A stretch of DNA of 64,000 bases from an uncultured virus (IMG/VR IMGVR_UViG_3300020599_000005) (IMGVR_UViG_3300020599_000005); one strand, 5' to 3'. Shown: positions 49,398-60,262, counted from the first letter of the stretch. Numbers and translations: made by a program. The notes: generated from the sequence alone by a model not told the origin.

Positions 49398-49916
49398 ATG
49401 ACCGGTATCGTACGCACTCACCGGGGCTTTGTGGTCCCGGTGGAGATCACCGATGACCCCAAGATCCAATGGTACGGCAACGCGACCATCACTCAGTTGT
49501 ACAATGATCTGAACGATGACCGCGTGGACTGCAACCAATGGGTCTGGCAAGAACGCGCCATCGAAGTGGTCCAGGATGTCCTCAATCGAATTCCTGGCTT
49601 CTTCGGGTCGCAGCTGGTCAGTGGCTTGCCGATGCCGGCTCGCTGCATCGACTTCCTGCACAGCACGTTCCTGTTCATCAAGACGGGTCAGCGCAAGCTA
49701 TCCACGTTCAACTGGATGGACCTGCTCGAGATTCATCCGGTCACCATGCCCCCCGTCAACTGGAAGGTCACCGGTGACTTCCGTGCCGAATTCGATGAAC
49801 TGCCGTTCATGTCACCGCACAAGTTGATCCCCCTGTGGCTTTCGCAGCCCATGGGACTCCAGGACATGGTGCTCACTGCGTACATCCTCTTCGGCACCCT
49901 GGACTACGAGAAGTAG
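49398..49916 (+). CDS. Virion protein (gp91-like)
   Basis: 172 aa, GGAGG RBS. Confidence 0.72.
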   Translation: MTGIVRTHRGFVVPVEITDDPKIQWYGNATITQLYNDLNDDRVDCNQWVWQERAIEVVQDVLNRIPGFFGSQLVSGLPMPARCIDFLHSTFLFIKTGQRKLSTFNWMDLLEIHPVTMPPVNWKVTGDFRAEFDELPFMSPHKLIPLWLSQPMGLQDMVLTAYILFGTLDYEK

Positions 49917-50036
49917 TCCAGGTTTTCTGGAGCTGTATGTTATGACCAGCGCGCGCTGGTCGTGGCGCCATGTGGCAACATAAGGCGCTCTGCTTAAACT
50001 CGAGTTCACAACCTGATTGCAATTAGGAGCTTTTTC

Positions 50037-51269
50037 ATGAGCAACGCATTCCTGCGTGACGCCCTCCGCGCCTCCCTCGAGAGCGATGTGGAGATCATCA
50101 ACCCGCTGACCGACGAAAACCAGACCAACATCGGTGAAGTTCTGGCCGAAGTCGCCGAAGCAACCGACAGCGACGCTGCCGAAGTCGAGAAAGCCGACCG
50201 CGTGGTCGACGAGCTGGAAACCGCCTCGGACTCCCTGGAAGCCATCTGCGCCACCCTGGAAAGCCACATCGCCGAAGGCGGCATGAACCCGCAAACCGCC
50301 ATGATGCACAACACCGCCGTGGCCAACGTGCTCAAGCGCCTGCCGATCGACGCCAGCCGCTTCACCATCTCCACCGAATCCTTCGGCGGCTCGGGCGACA
50401 AGCTCGTGGCTTCTCAGGAAGCGCTGGACGGTGTGAAGGAACTGCTGCTCAAGATCTGGAACGCCATCAAGAACGCCGTGATCAAGGCCTTCGATACCGT
50501 CAAGGTGTTCATCGCCACCATCCGCAAGTCCGCTCCGGTCGTGATCGCCGCTGGTCGCGCGCTGCAAGCCAAGGCCAACGCCGCCAAGGGCCAGACCGCC
50601 AAGTCCGAGAAGGTCAACGTCGCTGGTGCTGCTCGCTACCTGTCCGTCAACGGTCAGTTCCCGGCTTCGGTCTCCCAGGCCCTGACGCAGGTCGTCTCCG
50701 CTGGCGAAGGCGTGCGCAAGTCCGCCAAAGCCGGTGCCGCCCAACTGCGCATCGTTGCGGGTAAGATCTCCACCGGCACCTTCGATCCGGCGACCGACTA
50801 CAAAGCGCTGGCCGATGCCGTGGTGAACCCGCTGCCGACCACCGAACTGCCTGGCGGCAAGAAGATCGTCGTCAACAACACCGGCGTACCGACCCTGGCT
50901 GACGGCACCAAGTTCAGCGGCGATGCCGAAATCGCTGTCCCGAGCATCGAAGAAGTCATCAAGGTCGCTGCCGGTGTGCGCGACATCGGCGCCTTCATGC
51001 AGGAGTACACCGCCAAGGACTTCAGCGATCTGGAGAAGAGCGTGACCGGTTTCATCAACGAGACCAAGAAAGGCGTCGATGGCGTGAAGGATGAGGCCAA
51101 GGCTCAGGCCATGAAGGACAGCCTGAACGGCGCTGCCAAGTGCACCAGCATCGCCCGTGGTTGCGGTCCGCAGTACCTGCGCTACGCTGGCCAGACCGCC
51201 AAGGCCGCTGTGGCCTTCGGCAACAAGGTCCTGGCTCAGTACGGCGCGGCGGCCACTCCGGCGGCCTAA
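50037..51269 (+). CDS. Major inner-body protein (phiKZ gp93 paralog family)
   Basis: Acidic propeptide with ASLES, ATLES, ISTES, ASQEA sites; extreme codon bias. Confidence 0.8.
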   Translation: MSNAFLRDALRASLESDVEIINPLTDENQTNIGEVLAEVAEATDSDAAEVEKADRVVDELETASDSLEAICATLESHIAEGGMNPQTAMMHNTAVANVLKRLPIDASRFTISTESFGGSGDKLVASQEALDGVKELLLKIWNAIKNAVIKAFDTVKVFIATIRKSAPVVIAAGRALQAKANAAKGQTAKSEKVNVAGAARYLSVNGQFPASVSQALTQVVSAGEGVRKSAKAGAAQLRIVAGKISTGTFDPATDYKALADAVVNPLPTTELPGGKKIVVNNTGVPTLADGTKFSGDAEIAVPSIEEVIKVAAGVRDIGAFMQEYTAKDFSDLEKSVTGFINETKKGVDGVKDEAKAQAMKDSLNGAAKCTSIARGCGPQYLRYAGQTAKAAVAFGNKVLAQYGAAATPAA

Positions 51270-51361
51270 GTCGTCACCCTGCGCAATAGATGAGGTCCCT
51301 TCGGGGACCTCATCTTTATGCCGTTTGTATGACGCATTTATACCGCATCGAGGAACCTACG

Positions 51362-52669
51362 ATGTCTGTCGCTGAACACTTACTCGCCTCGTCTGAGGAA
51401 CTTGACGACGAGACGCAGGCTAACGAAGACGTGTTGGTCTTCAACCAACTCCAGGAGAGTGTTGCAGATCACGATGCTGCACTGCGCGGTATCCACAATG
51501 ACGAATGTCTGCGTGAGATGGTCTCCGATCTTAATATCGTGGCCAGTACCATGGAGTCGGCCAGCCTAGCCGAACTGGCGCTGATGCAGATCGCCGCAAA
51601 CCTGGCTGGCATGAATGCCGGTTATTCGGCCGAGTCGCTGTATCCCTCACTGGAAAGCAGCGAGGGTACTCGTGTCTCCACGGAATCCACCAAGGATGTC
51701 ATCGATTCCCTGTGGGAACGTATCTACCGTGCGATCAAAGCGCTGATCAAAGGGTTCATTGCCTTCTGGAAAACGGTATTCGACGCTGTGGACCGCCTGC
51801 GTCGGGCTAACACCCGCATGAAGGTGCGAGCGGGGGCGACGGTGGGTCGTAACCCGACGGTTTCCACGGTCACCCTGAGGCGAGAAGTGGATAAGCTCTC
51901 GTTGCGAGGTGTACCGCCCAGCAGCGGACCTGAGATCGTTCGGAACATGACTGAAGCCAGGCATCAGTTGGAAGTCATCCTGGGTAACTACATCAGCAAT
52001 GTCACGGATGCAGGTGAAGCCCTTAAGACAGCACTGGGCAACACGCGGGTAGGCCCTGAGGATTACCTGGAAGGTGTCGTGACGGCTGCAAATCGGCTGC
52101 AAATGACACGCATCGCTTCCATGCTCTCTGCCAAAGCGTACCGGGATGTACGGTTCAGGGCAAATGAGGTCCTGGTGGCGCCACCCCTGCCTGGGAATAA
52201 GTCACTCTTCGTTCGTACAGGTGGTGATGGCCTGAAGAGTGATGATCTGTTTGTTCGTGCACAAGCTGCGCGCAGCCAAGGCATCCAACTGGCCTATTCG
52301 GATGCACGGGACTTCCCGGCGCATTCTGATTACCCCATCCAGACGATGTCTGCCAAAGATGTGCAGGCACTGGCTACCGTCATGGACCAGATCCTGTCGG
52401 TGATCAGCGACTTCGTCAAGGGCAGTACCAAGGACAAGCTTAGCAGACTGCATTCTTCGTTGCTTGACACCTCGGCATCGGCGAAGAATACGTTGTACAG
52501 CGGTGCGGTGGCCACCACCGATAGCCGCTACTACGAGGCCGCGTTGCGGTTTAACACGGCTTTTGCCGGCTGGTCCGGAAACCCTCACGACGCCCTGGTT
52601 ACCCACCTGCTCAGTGTTTGTCGAGCAGCGCTGGTTCTGGGCAACAAATCCCTTCTGGCACACGGTTAA
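51362..52669 (+). CDS. Inner-body paralog (gp93-97 family)
   Basis: PSLES..VSTES followed by W..I...IK segment as in the 50037 gene. Confidence 0.75.
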   Translation: MSVAEHLLASSEELDDETQANEDVLVFNQLQESVADHDAALRGIHNDECLREMVSDLNIVASTMESASLAELALMQIAANLAGMNAGYSAESLYPSLESSEGTRVSTESTKDVIDSLWERIYRAIKALIKGFIAFWKTVFDAVDRLRRANTRMKVRAGATVGRNPTVSTVTLRREVDKLSLRGVPPSSGPEIVRNMTEARHQLEVILGNYISNVTDAGEALKTALGNTRVGPEDYLEGVVTAANRLQMTRIASMLSAKAYRDVRFRANEVLVAPPLPGNKSLFVRTGGDGLKSDDLFVRAQAARSQGIQLAYSDARDFPAHSDYPIQTMSAKDVQALATVMDQILSVISDFVKGSTKDKLSRLHSSLLDTSASAKNTLYSGAVATTDSRYYEAALRFNTAFAGWSGNPHDALVTHLLSVCRAALVLGNKSLLAHG

Positions 52670-52675
52670 TAAATC

Positions 52676-53662
52676 ATGGGCATGAACTCCATCATCAATC
52701 GCATGATCGCTACGCTGGAAAGCAATGGCGAAGACGACAACGTCACGGGCACCGGCGGTAACGGCGATGACCCCAAGCTGTTGAACACCGACAGCCCTGC
52801 CACCCACGAACAGAACGAAGCTGATCGCGAAGTGCAGCAAACCCAAGTCCCGTCAGCGGACGACCAACCCAACCCGGTACCCAAAGAAACCGATACCGGC
52901 CCTGCCAGCGAAGTCGCTCAGCCGGCTGAGATCCAGAACCAACAACCGGCGCCGACCTTCCAGGCTTCCGAAACCCCGAAAGACACCGGTGATCTGGTGG
53001 CAGCGGCTGCTGCGAAAGCCTCCGACCCGGAAGAACCGCGTACACCGGCTTCCTATGGCCTGAATGATCCTGAACTGGCCTCCGGTCTGGCTGAGGCACT
53101 GGAATCGGCCGACAACACTGACGGTATCGCTGGCGCTGGTGGTACGGGCAAGAACTTCGCGTCCATCTTCCCGCCCTTCACTGCACCACCGGCCAACCTG
53201 CAACCTGGCAATGTGACGCCATCCACCGAAGAGGGTGATGGGGCTCAGGGCGGCGAAAGTCCCTCCGAGGCATTGGCTGAACATGCCGCCGAAGACGATC
53301 AGCGTTTCGCTGAAGTCAACGAGCGCATCACGGAGGGTGAGCAGGAGAACGAGCAGGAACACGAAGTGCTCCAGGAAGAGATCGATCAACTCAAGGAGCG
53401 CGTCGAGATCGCCGATGACCTGGACGACGTGGTCAATCAAGTGACCTCCAATGAGTCCATCTGTTCGGCAGATGTTACGTTGGCCAACATCTCGCTGAAG
53501 TCCATCGGTAGGCACCTGAACACCACCGCACCGAGCTTCGAGTTCAAGGACGGTAAGGTGTCCGTCGAATCGCTCGAAGACGTGCAGGCGTTCCAACAGC
53601 GCGTGGGTCTCTGCCGGGGTAAGCTGGAGAAGCTCCTGGCTAAAGCCAAGGACAAGAAGTAA
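52676..53662 (+). CDS. Acidic, heavily processed head/scaffold-like protein
   Basis: Many S/A-x-E sites (ATLES, ALES, STEE, SNES, SFE, SVES, SLED); low complexity. Confidence 0.7.
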   Translation: MGMNSIINRMIATLESNGEDDNVTGTGGNGDDPKLLNTDSPATHEQNEADREVQQTQVPSADDQPNPVPKETDTGPASEVAQPAEIQNQQPAPTFQASETPKDTGDLVAAAAAKASDPEEPRTPASYGLNDPELASGLAEALESADNTDGIAGAGGTGKNFASIFPPFTAPPANLQPGNVTPSTEEGDGAQGGESPSEALAEHAAEDDQRFAEVNERITEGEQENEQEHEVLQEEIDQLKERVEIADDLDDVVNQVTSNESICSADVTLANISLKSIGRHLNTTAPSFEFKDGKVSVESLEDVQAFQQRVGLCRGKLEKLLAKAKDKK

Positions 53663-53747
53663 GCCTGACAGGGGGAGTCTAGATGGCTCCCCCTGCTTAT
53701 GCCGTCAGGGAGCGATTCTATGACCTACACACGGCTGAGTTACGACT

Positions 53748-55352
53748 ATGCCCAATCTCATCGTCCCCGTTTATGAGACGCACGAGAGTGTCACGCGACG
53801 TGCCATCCACAGCGTCGTGACCCAAGTCATGAAGATGACCGGCGTCGATCCCAAAACCCCGATTCGGTATCCGGGTCCTTTGGGTAACAACTACCAAGGT
53901 GGCACTGCCATCTCCGAAGAACCCACCAACACCTTCCAACATTACTCCAAGATCACCATTAACGTGAGCGAGGAGTACAAAGATGACGCTGTCATCAATA
54001 CCCCCGTGCGTTATCAAGACGCCCAACCGATTTTCGAAGACAAGGACCTACGCGTCCTGGTCAAACCGATCTTCAGCCATACCCACGCCACGATCAATTT
54101 CACGTACCGGGCTGCCACGCGTCCTGAGGTGGAGCGGTGGCGAGATGACATCAAGGTAAGGATCGGTGATAACCGCCAAGCGTTCATGCATGAACTGGAG
54201 TATCACTGGGCAGTGCCCAAGTTTGTAATGGCGGGCCTGTCGCACTTCTACCAACTGCGTGAACGCCAGGCGGGTTATGGTGATACGCTGGGCAGTTGGT
54301 TCAAGGACAAGTTCACCAAGCGCGCCACACTGCTGACCAACATGAGTGGTAGCGAGCTGCTGCGGGTAATCGCTGAGAAACAAGGCGGCATCCAGGGTTG
54401 GTTCGATTGGACAGAACCCAGTCAAGCCGACAAAGACAGTGAAGGTGCCAGTTGGACCATCACGTTTACCTACCACGTCAATTACTGGAAGCCGGTGTCC
54501 ACCAACTTCCTGTATCCGCTGGTGATCCACAACCAGATGATTGATCCGGCGTTCTATGACCCGGCGCCGGCATATACGCTGGAAGCCCGACCACGCCTGA
54601 TGGGCGACGTCAAGGCTTCCTTCGATCACATCATCGATTACAATGCTCGTCCACCCGAGGACCCGCTAGGCGGTATCCGGGTACCAGCGTTCGATGAATG
54701 GACACCGATCGCCTGCTTTAACTACACCACCTCGCTGGTGAATTGGCTAATTCAAGTCGATCCTGCCGATCCCACCAATGTCATCGACTTCAACAACATT
54801 GGCGACGACGTATTCCATCCCGCCTTCCTGAAGTTCATGCGCAAGGAATATCCGTACATCAACCGTAGGGGATTCAGTCTGGTGCACTGCGCCATGTTCC
54901 GGGGTGAAGAACCGTTGACGGAACCCTGCATCGACATGAGTGAAGACCTGGTGGTGCGTACGCGTAACCCCATGTTGATGCGCGAGATGTACCACTTCCG
55001 GTTGGCATTGGTAACCGATTACAGTCTTTTCACCCAGCGCGCCATTCAGGCTATGGTTGAAGGTGGTCGCACCACACTGCTGCTCTTCCAGTGCCTGGTA
55101 CCGGAACTGGATGTAGAGTATGCCGCAGCCAATTACCTCTACGAGGGTCCCAGTGGTGAAGAACTGCAACTCTGGTACATCCAATGGTTCTTCCGCTACC
55201 TGAAGGATCATCGTAAAGGTGAGACCGGCGGCGGGGTCGGTGGTGGTAGCGGTGAAGCCGGTGGGCCTGGGCTTAATGGTGGCTACTACATCGACTGGCC
55301 CTTGGTGGGGATCGTAACCATCATCGCCAAACGTGACTCTCAAGGAAACTGA
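53748..55352 (+). CDS. Virion structural protein (gp98-like)
   Basis: 534 aa, conserved position. Confidence 0.75.
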   Translation: MPNLIVPVYETHESVTRRAIHSVVTQVMKMTGVDPKTPIRYPGPLGNNYQGGTAISEEPTNTFQHYSKITINVSEEYKDDAVINTPVRYQDAQPIFEDKDLRVLVKPIFSHTHATINFTYRAATRPEVERWRDDIKVRIGDNRQAFMHELEYHWAVPKFVMAGLSHFYQLRERQAGYGDTLGSWFKDKFTKRATLLTNMSGSELLRVIAEKQGGIQGWFDWTEPSQADKDSEGASWTITFTYHVNYWKPVSTNFLYPLVIHNQMIDPAFYDPAPAYTLEARPRLMGDVKASFDHIIDYNARPPEDPLGGIRVPAFDEWTPIACFNYTTSLVNWLIQVDPADPTNVIDFNNIGDDVFHPAFLKFMRKEYPYINRRGFSLVHCAMFRGEEPLTEPCIDMSEDLVVRTRNPMLMREMYHFRLALVTDYSLFTQRAIQAMVEGGRTTLLLFQCLVPELDVEYAAANYLYEGPSGEELQLWYIQWFFRYLKDHRKGETGGGVGGGSGEAGGPGLNGGYYIDWPLVGIVTIIAKRDSQGN

Positions 55353-55354
55353 TC

Positions 55355-56743
55355 ATGCCCATCATGACGCAAAACGGTGCGGTGCCGCCTAAGGACACCG
55401 CCATCGAACCGGTCAGAACGCAGTCAGCTGACTACGCTGGCGTGACGGTCGACACCAAAAAAGAAAACATGTCCTCGCTCACGACCTACCTGGCTGGGCA
55501 GTCGTGGAATGTGGACTATTACCGACAACTCATCAACAAGAACGATGGGCTGAACTCCCTGCAAGTCGGGTTGTCCAGTATCTATCAGCAGTACGAGTTG
55601 ATCCGGGGGATGGAGCTTAAGGTCACCACCGCACTCAACAGTCCGTCCCAGGACACCGAGTCGGCGGAGATGATCCTGCAAGGTGCGGCCAATGTCTACG
55701 GTGTGCTGCCCCCTAACCAAGGGGACATGTTCATCGCTGACATTGGTGACGGTCGGGAAGGTCTGTTCACTGTCACTGGTGTGACCCGCAAGTCGATCTA
55801 CCAGCAGTCGGCTCACGAGATCGAATACAAGGTCATCAGCTACAACACCACCCAAACTGCCCAGGACCTGAAGAAGAAGGTACAGCGGACAGTTTACTTT
55901 GATCGTGACTACCTGCGACTGGGCTACAATCCCATGCTCACGGACGAAACCGTGCAGCTGCGTCGTCTGTTGGACGGTCACTATGCTCGTCTGCTGGCGA
56001 TGTACTTCAATGACTTCTATAGCCGCGAAGTCAACACGCTGATCGTACCGGATCAGTCCAGGATCATTTACGATGCCTTCATCACGATGTTCCTGCGCAA
56101 TATCCTGGGCACCGACGAGCATCCCTACCTGCGCCAGCTGCGTTCGCTCAACGTCTACAATGATCAGGCCATGTACGAGTTTACTCTCTGGAACTGCCTG
56201 GAGCGGATGGATCTGACCATGGTGGGGCTAACCGCCCAGGAAATGGTCATCGTGCCAACCACGCACTTTGCGACAATGCCGATGTTTAACAGCATCTACT
56301 ACTCGCGGTGCAATGCGGCGATCTACCCGAAGATGTACCCCACCAATGTGGACGCCACCCACCGGACCATTGCTCCTCAGCCGGACATCGTGCTCAAGCG
56401 AGGTACGGCACGGTACAAGGAACTGGATCGCCTGATCCGCGAAACTGAACTCATTACCCCCAATGCGTACGGACCACTTCACACCGGTCAGCCGGCTGCC
56501 ATCAAACGGGTCACCGTGGACGACTTCTATGTTTTTAGCGAAGACTTCTATCGGTATAACCCAGAGGTTGGCAGGTTGTCGCGTCTGGAGAAACTGACCC
56601 TGGACGCACTGCAAGGTGACGCGCTGGATCTGAAGGACTTGGAAGACCTGTGTGCCCATGCGCATGATTGGGACAACCTGGAGCGCTTCTACTACTTCCC
56701 GGTGCTGTTCGTCCTGCTAAAGGTATACCCACGAGGCTTGTAA
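55355..56743 (+). CDS. Virion structural protein (gp99-like)
   Basis: G.SW.VDYY.Q, PN.GDMFIADIGDG motifs. Confidence 0.75.
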   Translation: MPIMTQNGAVPPKDTAIEPVRTQSADYAGVTVDTKKENMSSLTTYLAGQSWNVDYYRQLINKNDGLNSLQVGLSSIYQQYELIRGMELKVTTALNSPSQDTESAEMILQGAANVYGVLPPNQGDMFIADIGDGREGLFTVTGVTRKSIYQQSAHEIEYKVISYNTTQTAQDLKKKVQRTVYFDRDYLRLGYNPMLTDETVQLRRLLDGHYARLLAMYFNDFYSREVNTLIVPDQSRIIYDAFITMFLRNILGTDEHPYLRQLRSLNVYNDQAMYEFTLWNCLERMDLTMVGLTAQEMVIVPTTHFATMPMFNSIYYSRCNAAIYPKMYPTNVDATHRTIAPQPDIVLKRGTARYKELDRLIRETELITPNAYGPLHTGQPAAIKRVTVDDFYVFSEDFYRYNPEVGRLSRLEKLTLDALQGDALDLKDLEDLCAHAHDWDNLERFYYFPVLFVLLKVYPRGL

Positions 56744-56744
56744 C

Positions 56745-57359
56745 ATGGTGATGCGAGAACTTTCTTCCGAAGAGGTAGCCAAGCGTCAGACGGCTGCCTG
56801 GAAGCTCACCCACACGAACTGGCGCTTTAGTGTGCCGATGTACCAGTTCAAAACCCAGGAGTATTTCGACAGTGTCGGAGTGGGGGTTTCGGGTGATAAA
56901 GCCATCGATAAAGAGGCACTCAAACAACGCGTGGAGACCTCCGAGACATTGCTGGAGATCGCCAGACGGCATGAGCAAGACCATGACATCCGTCTGGCTA
57001 ATCCTAAAGACTCGGTGGGGATGTATGAGATCCTACGGGAGCACCTGGATAATTGGGCTAAGGGTTTGCGGGATGACCGTAACCTGGATGTCGATGAGCA
57101 GACCCTGGATGAACTGGAGATGCTGGACCAATTGGCAGCGGATGTCTATCAGATCGCCCGGCGGTACAAGCCCAACATCCAGGAGCGTAAGTCCATCGTC
57201 AACCGCCTCAAGAACCTGGGTGGCGGCATCACTCGTAAAAGCACCTTCCTGGATCGTGCTGCGGAGAAACCCAAGGAAGATACTCGTCCTAAGGAACACA
57301 CCCGCATGTACGATTTCATGGTCGAGGAACTGGAACGCCGTCGTGGGGGTAGGAGATAA
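56745..57359 (+). CDS. Conserved hypothetical protein (gp100-like)
   Basis: 204 aa in the operon. Confidence 0.72.
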   Translation: MVMRELSSEEVAKRQTAAWKLTHTNWRFSVPMYQFKTQEYFDSVGVGVSGDKAIDKEALKQRVETSETLLEIARRHEQDHDIRLANPKDSVGMYEILREHLDNWAKGLRDDRNLDVDEQTLDELEMLDQLAADVYQIARRYKPNIQERKSIVNRLKNLGGGITRKSTFLDRAAEKPKEDTRPKEHTRMYDFMVEELERRRGGRR

Positions 57360-57362
57360 GTC

Positions 57363-58769
57363 ATGGACCTGGAACAGACGACACTGGTCAATGAAGTCGG
57401 TTTGATCCTGAACCAGGCTGCCAAACCTGTGCACTACTACTGGGAGGCTGCTATTATCGCCGGTGGGCAGGTATATCCTGCCTACAAGGTGATGAGCATC
57501 GACGTGCGTCGAGATTACGCCAACAACTACGCTGACCAGATCATGATCGAACTGTACATCGGTGGTGGTACCTATGCACGGAACATCGTGCCGTATAAGG
57601 AGGACCTTAAAGTCCTGCTGGTGCGTAATCCCATCGGCGAGGTAAACAACGGTGTCAGACCTGAAGAAGGGATTTTCCATCAGACCTTCCGGGGTACGCT
57701 GCTCCAGAAAGACCAGCCTGCTACCGCGGGCGATGACCCCTTGATGACGGCTGACCCAGTAGTGGGTGATCTGGTCAGCATGCGGCGTATCCAAATCCAG
57801 TTACAGGACTTGTCACTGGAACAGATACGCCTGATCACAGTAGGCACCGTGGTGGGTAACTGCAAGCCCGCTGATCCGATCTTGTATTTCCTGAGTCAGG
57901 CCGGTAAGTCGATCAACGTGGATAAGGAGAACCAGATCCGCGGTGTAACGATGATCCCGGCCAATAATCAGGAGGTGCAGGATCACATCGTCATTCCTCA
58001 GCAGACTTCGTTGTTGGAACTGCCTGACTATATCCAGAATGTGTGCTGTGGAGTGTACAACGCAGGGCTTGGTTTTTATCTACAAAAACAGATGTGGTAT
58101 GTGTGGCCGCTATATGACCTCACGCGGTTTGATACGTACCAGCAGACGGTCACCGTCATCGTGGTACCGAAGAACCGTCTGAACAGTGTTGAGCGCACGT
58201 ATCGCACCACGGCCAACCAAGTCATCATCTTGGGTACGGGGGGTGCACGACACGTCGATGCCACCGAGGATGCTATCGCCAACCAGGGTAACGGTGTGCG
58301 GTTTGCTGACTCGAGAAAGATGCTGGAGAGCTTTGCTGAAGTGAAAGGGAATAAGGCGGTGGCCAAACGTTCCTACAACAACAGCGAGTTCGTAGGGATT
58401 AATCGGGCCAGTGGCCTGAATAACATCCCCAACGGTGGCTTTAACAACAACATCTACTACGAGACCAGTCAACTGGCTAGCCGTAAAGGTTCGATCATCG
58501 AAGTGATATGGCAGAACAGTGAGCCTGATTTGATCACCCCCGATAAGCCATTCCAGGTGATCGTTGCCAAAGATGGGCTACCGCAGATCATGCGCGCCAC
58601 CGTACTGGGCACGCACACGTACATCGACGGTGGCGACAACGGCATAAAGAACAACCGCCACATGAGCAAGACGTCGATCTGGCTCTTCGTGGATAAGGAC
58701 CTGCCAGAACTCAAGGAATTCGAGGCCACTACCAAGGTCGATCAATACAGTTCGCCGTTGCCCATTTAA
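57363..58769 (+). CDS. Baseplate-hub-like structural protein (gp101-like)
   Basis: GVY..GLG.YLQ..WYVWPLYD, W.NS.PDLI.P motifs. Confidence 0.72.
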   Translation: MDLEQTTLVNEVGLILNQAAKPVHYYWEAAIIAGGQVYPAYKVMSIDVRRDYANNYADQIMIELYIGGGTYARNIVPYKEDLKVLLVRNPIGEVNNGVRPEEGIFHQTFRGTLLQKDQPATAGDDPLMTADPVVGDLVSMRRIQIQLQDLSLEQIRLITVGTVVGNCKPADPILYFLSQAGKSINVDKENQIRGVTMIPANNQEVQDHIVIPQQTSLLELPDYIQNVCCGVYNAGLGFYLQKQMWYVWPLYDLTRFDTYQQTVTVIVVPKNRLNSVERTYRTTANQVIILGTGGARHVDATEDAIANQGNGVRFADSRKMLESFAEVKGNKAVAKRSYNNSEFVGINRASGLNNIPNGGFNNNIYYETSQLASRKGSIIEVIWQNSEPDLITPDKPFQVIVAKDGLPQIMRATVLGTHTYIDGGDNGIKNNRHMSKTSIWLFVDKDLPELKEFEATTKVDQYSSPLPI

Positions 58770-58865
58770 ACGGATCACAGTGCTACATTATCGACTTGAT
58801 CAAGGATTGGGGAGAGGGCGTAAGCTCTCTCCCTATGCCGGTTAACCGAGGCTACGGAGGTAGCT

Positions 58866-59525
58866 ATGGAATCCAAACCGCTAGGGGAGAGTAGAGCAAA
58901 AGCCGGACAACTGCTATCCCTTTACGTGGAGAGTGAGACGCTACCCCTCTCCGCCACGCTGTACGTGCTCAAGGACTTTAACTTGAGTGAAGAAATGGCC
59001 AACTATTTCGAGGCCAACCGTAATGAACGTTCTGAATCGGCAATGGGTTTGTTCACTGAGTACCTGAAACATAAAGGGTTGGTGGAAGAGCCTTACAGTG
59101 AGATCATGGTGATCGGACAGGCCGGTCGGCCACCCAGACGGATGATCAATGAATGGAAGTTTCGCAGGAACCCGACGATGTTCCTCATGGAACGCATCCA
59201 CCGCATGTTGCACACGGCCAGTCTGTATCTCTTCACCCACGACGGTACTTACCTGATCCTATTGGACCACGGACAGTGTCCTGAAGAGGTTATCCTGGAG
59301 ATTTCCCACAAAGGGGAGCCTTTGGGGCGAGTGCATCTGGATGTCATGTCCGATACACCTAAGCGTGTTAAGATAAACAACGAGGATCTTAATCGCATCA
59401 GCACTGTGGTGCAAAAGGCCCTTATCGAGAAATTCCCCAAAGAGGAACTGACTGTTAGCCGCATCTGGCCCCACTTCTCCAGCACTACCAAACGATTTGA
59501 ACTGGTTTCTGCCCAACCTGCGTAG
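58866..59525 (+). CDS. Hypothetical protein
   Basis: GGAGG RBS; TACATTAT motif upstream. Confidence 0.72.
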   Translation: MESKPLGESRAKAGQLLSLYVESETLPLSATLYVLKDFNLSEEMANYFEANRNERSESAMGLFTEYLKHKGLVEEPYSEIMVIGQAGRPPRRMINEWKFRRNPTMFLMERIHRMLHTASLYLFTHDGTYLILLDHGQCPEEVILEISHKGEPLGRVHLDVMSDTPKRVKINNEDLNRISTVVQKALIEKFPKEELTVSRIWPHFSSTTKRFELVSAQPA

Positions 59526-59531
59526 GTCATC

Positions 59532-60248
59532 ATGATACAGATAGAGATCACGACTCAGTGTAACCTCACGTGCTTTTATTGCACGGGTCGTCACATGGAG
59601 CAGAAGCAGATGGACATGGACGTCTTCAAGGATATCGTGACTGACCTGCTACCGGGTACTCTCGTTCATCTGCAAGGTGAAGGCGAACCCCTGCTTCATC
59701 CGCGATTTGGAGAGATGGTGGATCTCTGTACCCGTCTGCGCCTTAACATCAGTACCACGACCAATGGCACCATCCCTTTTGATATCAACAAGGTAAACAA
59801 CTTTCACGTAAGCCTGGATACCTTGGACCCGGAAGTCGCTGAAACGATAGGGCGACATCACTTGGATAAAACCCTGCGGAATCTGGAGACCTGGATCAAA
59901 CAGGATAGAAGGAAACTGTGTATCCGCATTACTGATCATGGACAAGAACTGCGTAGCGTGTACGCCTATTGCAATGCACGTAACTTACGGTACGAAGTCC
60001 AGAAACTTAACAACAAGGAGGAATACGGAGTCTGCTACCCGGTTAAGGTGGTGGAGGAACAGAAAACACGTAAACCCAGCTGCCATTTTGTCCGCACGGG
60101 ATTTAAGTATTACACCGTGGATGGACACAGGCTGCCGTGCTGTTTCATTAAATTCCCCAAACAAACGCTGGGAGAGATTCTCGCCGACTTCCAGGAGGGT
60201 AACGTACCCTCCAGCTGTCGCGGCTGTCCCATGCTGCGTTACTATTGA
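59532..60248 (+). CDS. Radical SAM protein with short C-terminal Cys cluster (twitch/SPASM-like)
   Basis: CNLTCFYC, GEGEPLLHP, TTNG, SLD, C..DG..LPCC..C.GC. Confidence 0.88.
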   Translation: MIQIEITTQCNLTCFYCTGRHMEQKQMDMDVFKDIVTDLLPGTLVHLQGEGEPLLHPRFGEMVDLCTRLRLNISTTTNGTIPFDINKVNNFHVSLDTLDPEVAETIGRHHLDKTLRNLETWIKQDRRKLCIRITDHGQELRSVYAYCNARNLRYEVQKLNNKEEYGVCYPVKVVEEQKTRKPSCHFVRTGFKYYTVDGHRLPCCFIKFPKQTLGEILADFQEGNVPSSCRGCPMLRYY

Positions 60249-60262
60249 TAAGGACTATAGGT

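Noticed and set aside
59532..60248. Calling the radical SAM protein QueE
   Set aside because: Its C-terminal Cys cluster fits twitch/SPASM families better; QueE-specific motifs not recognised
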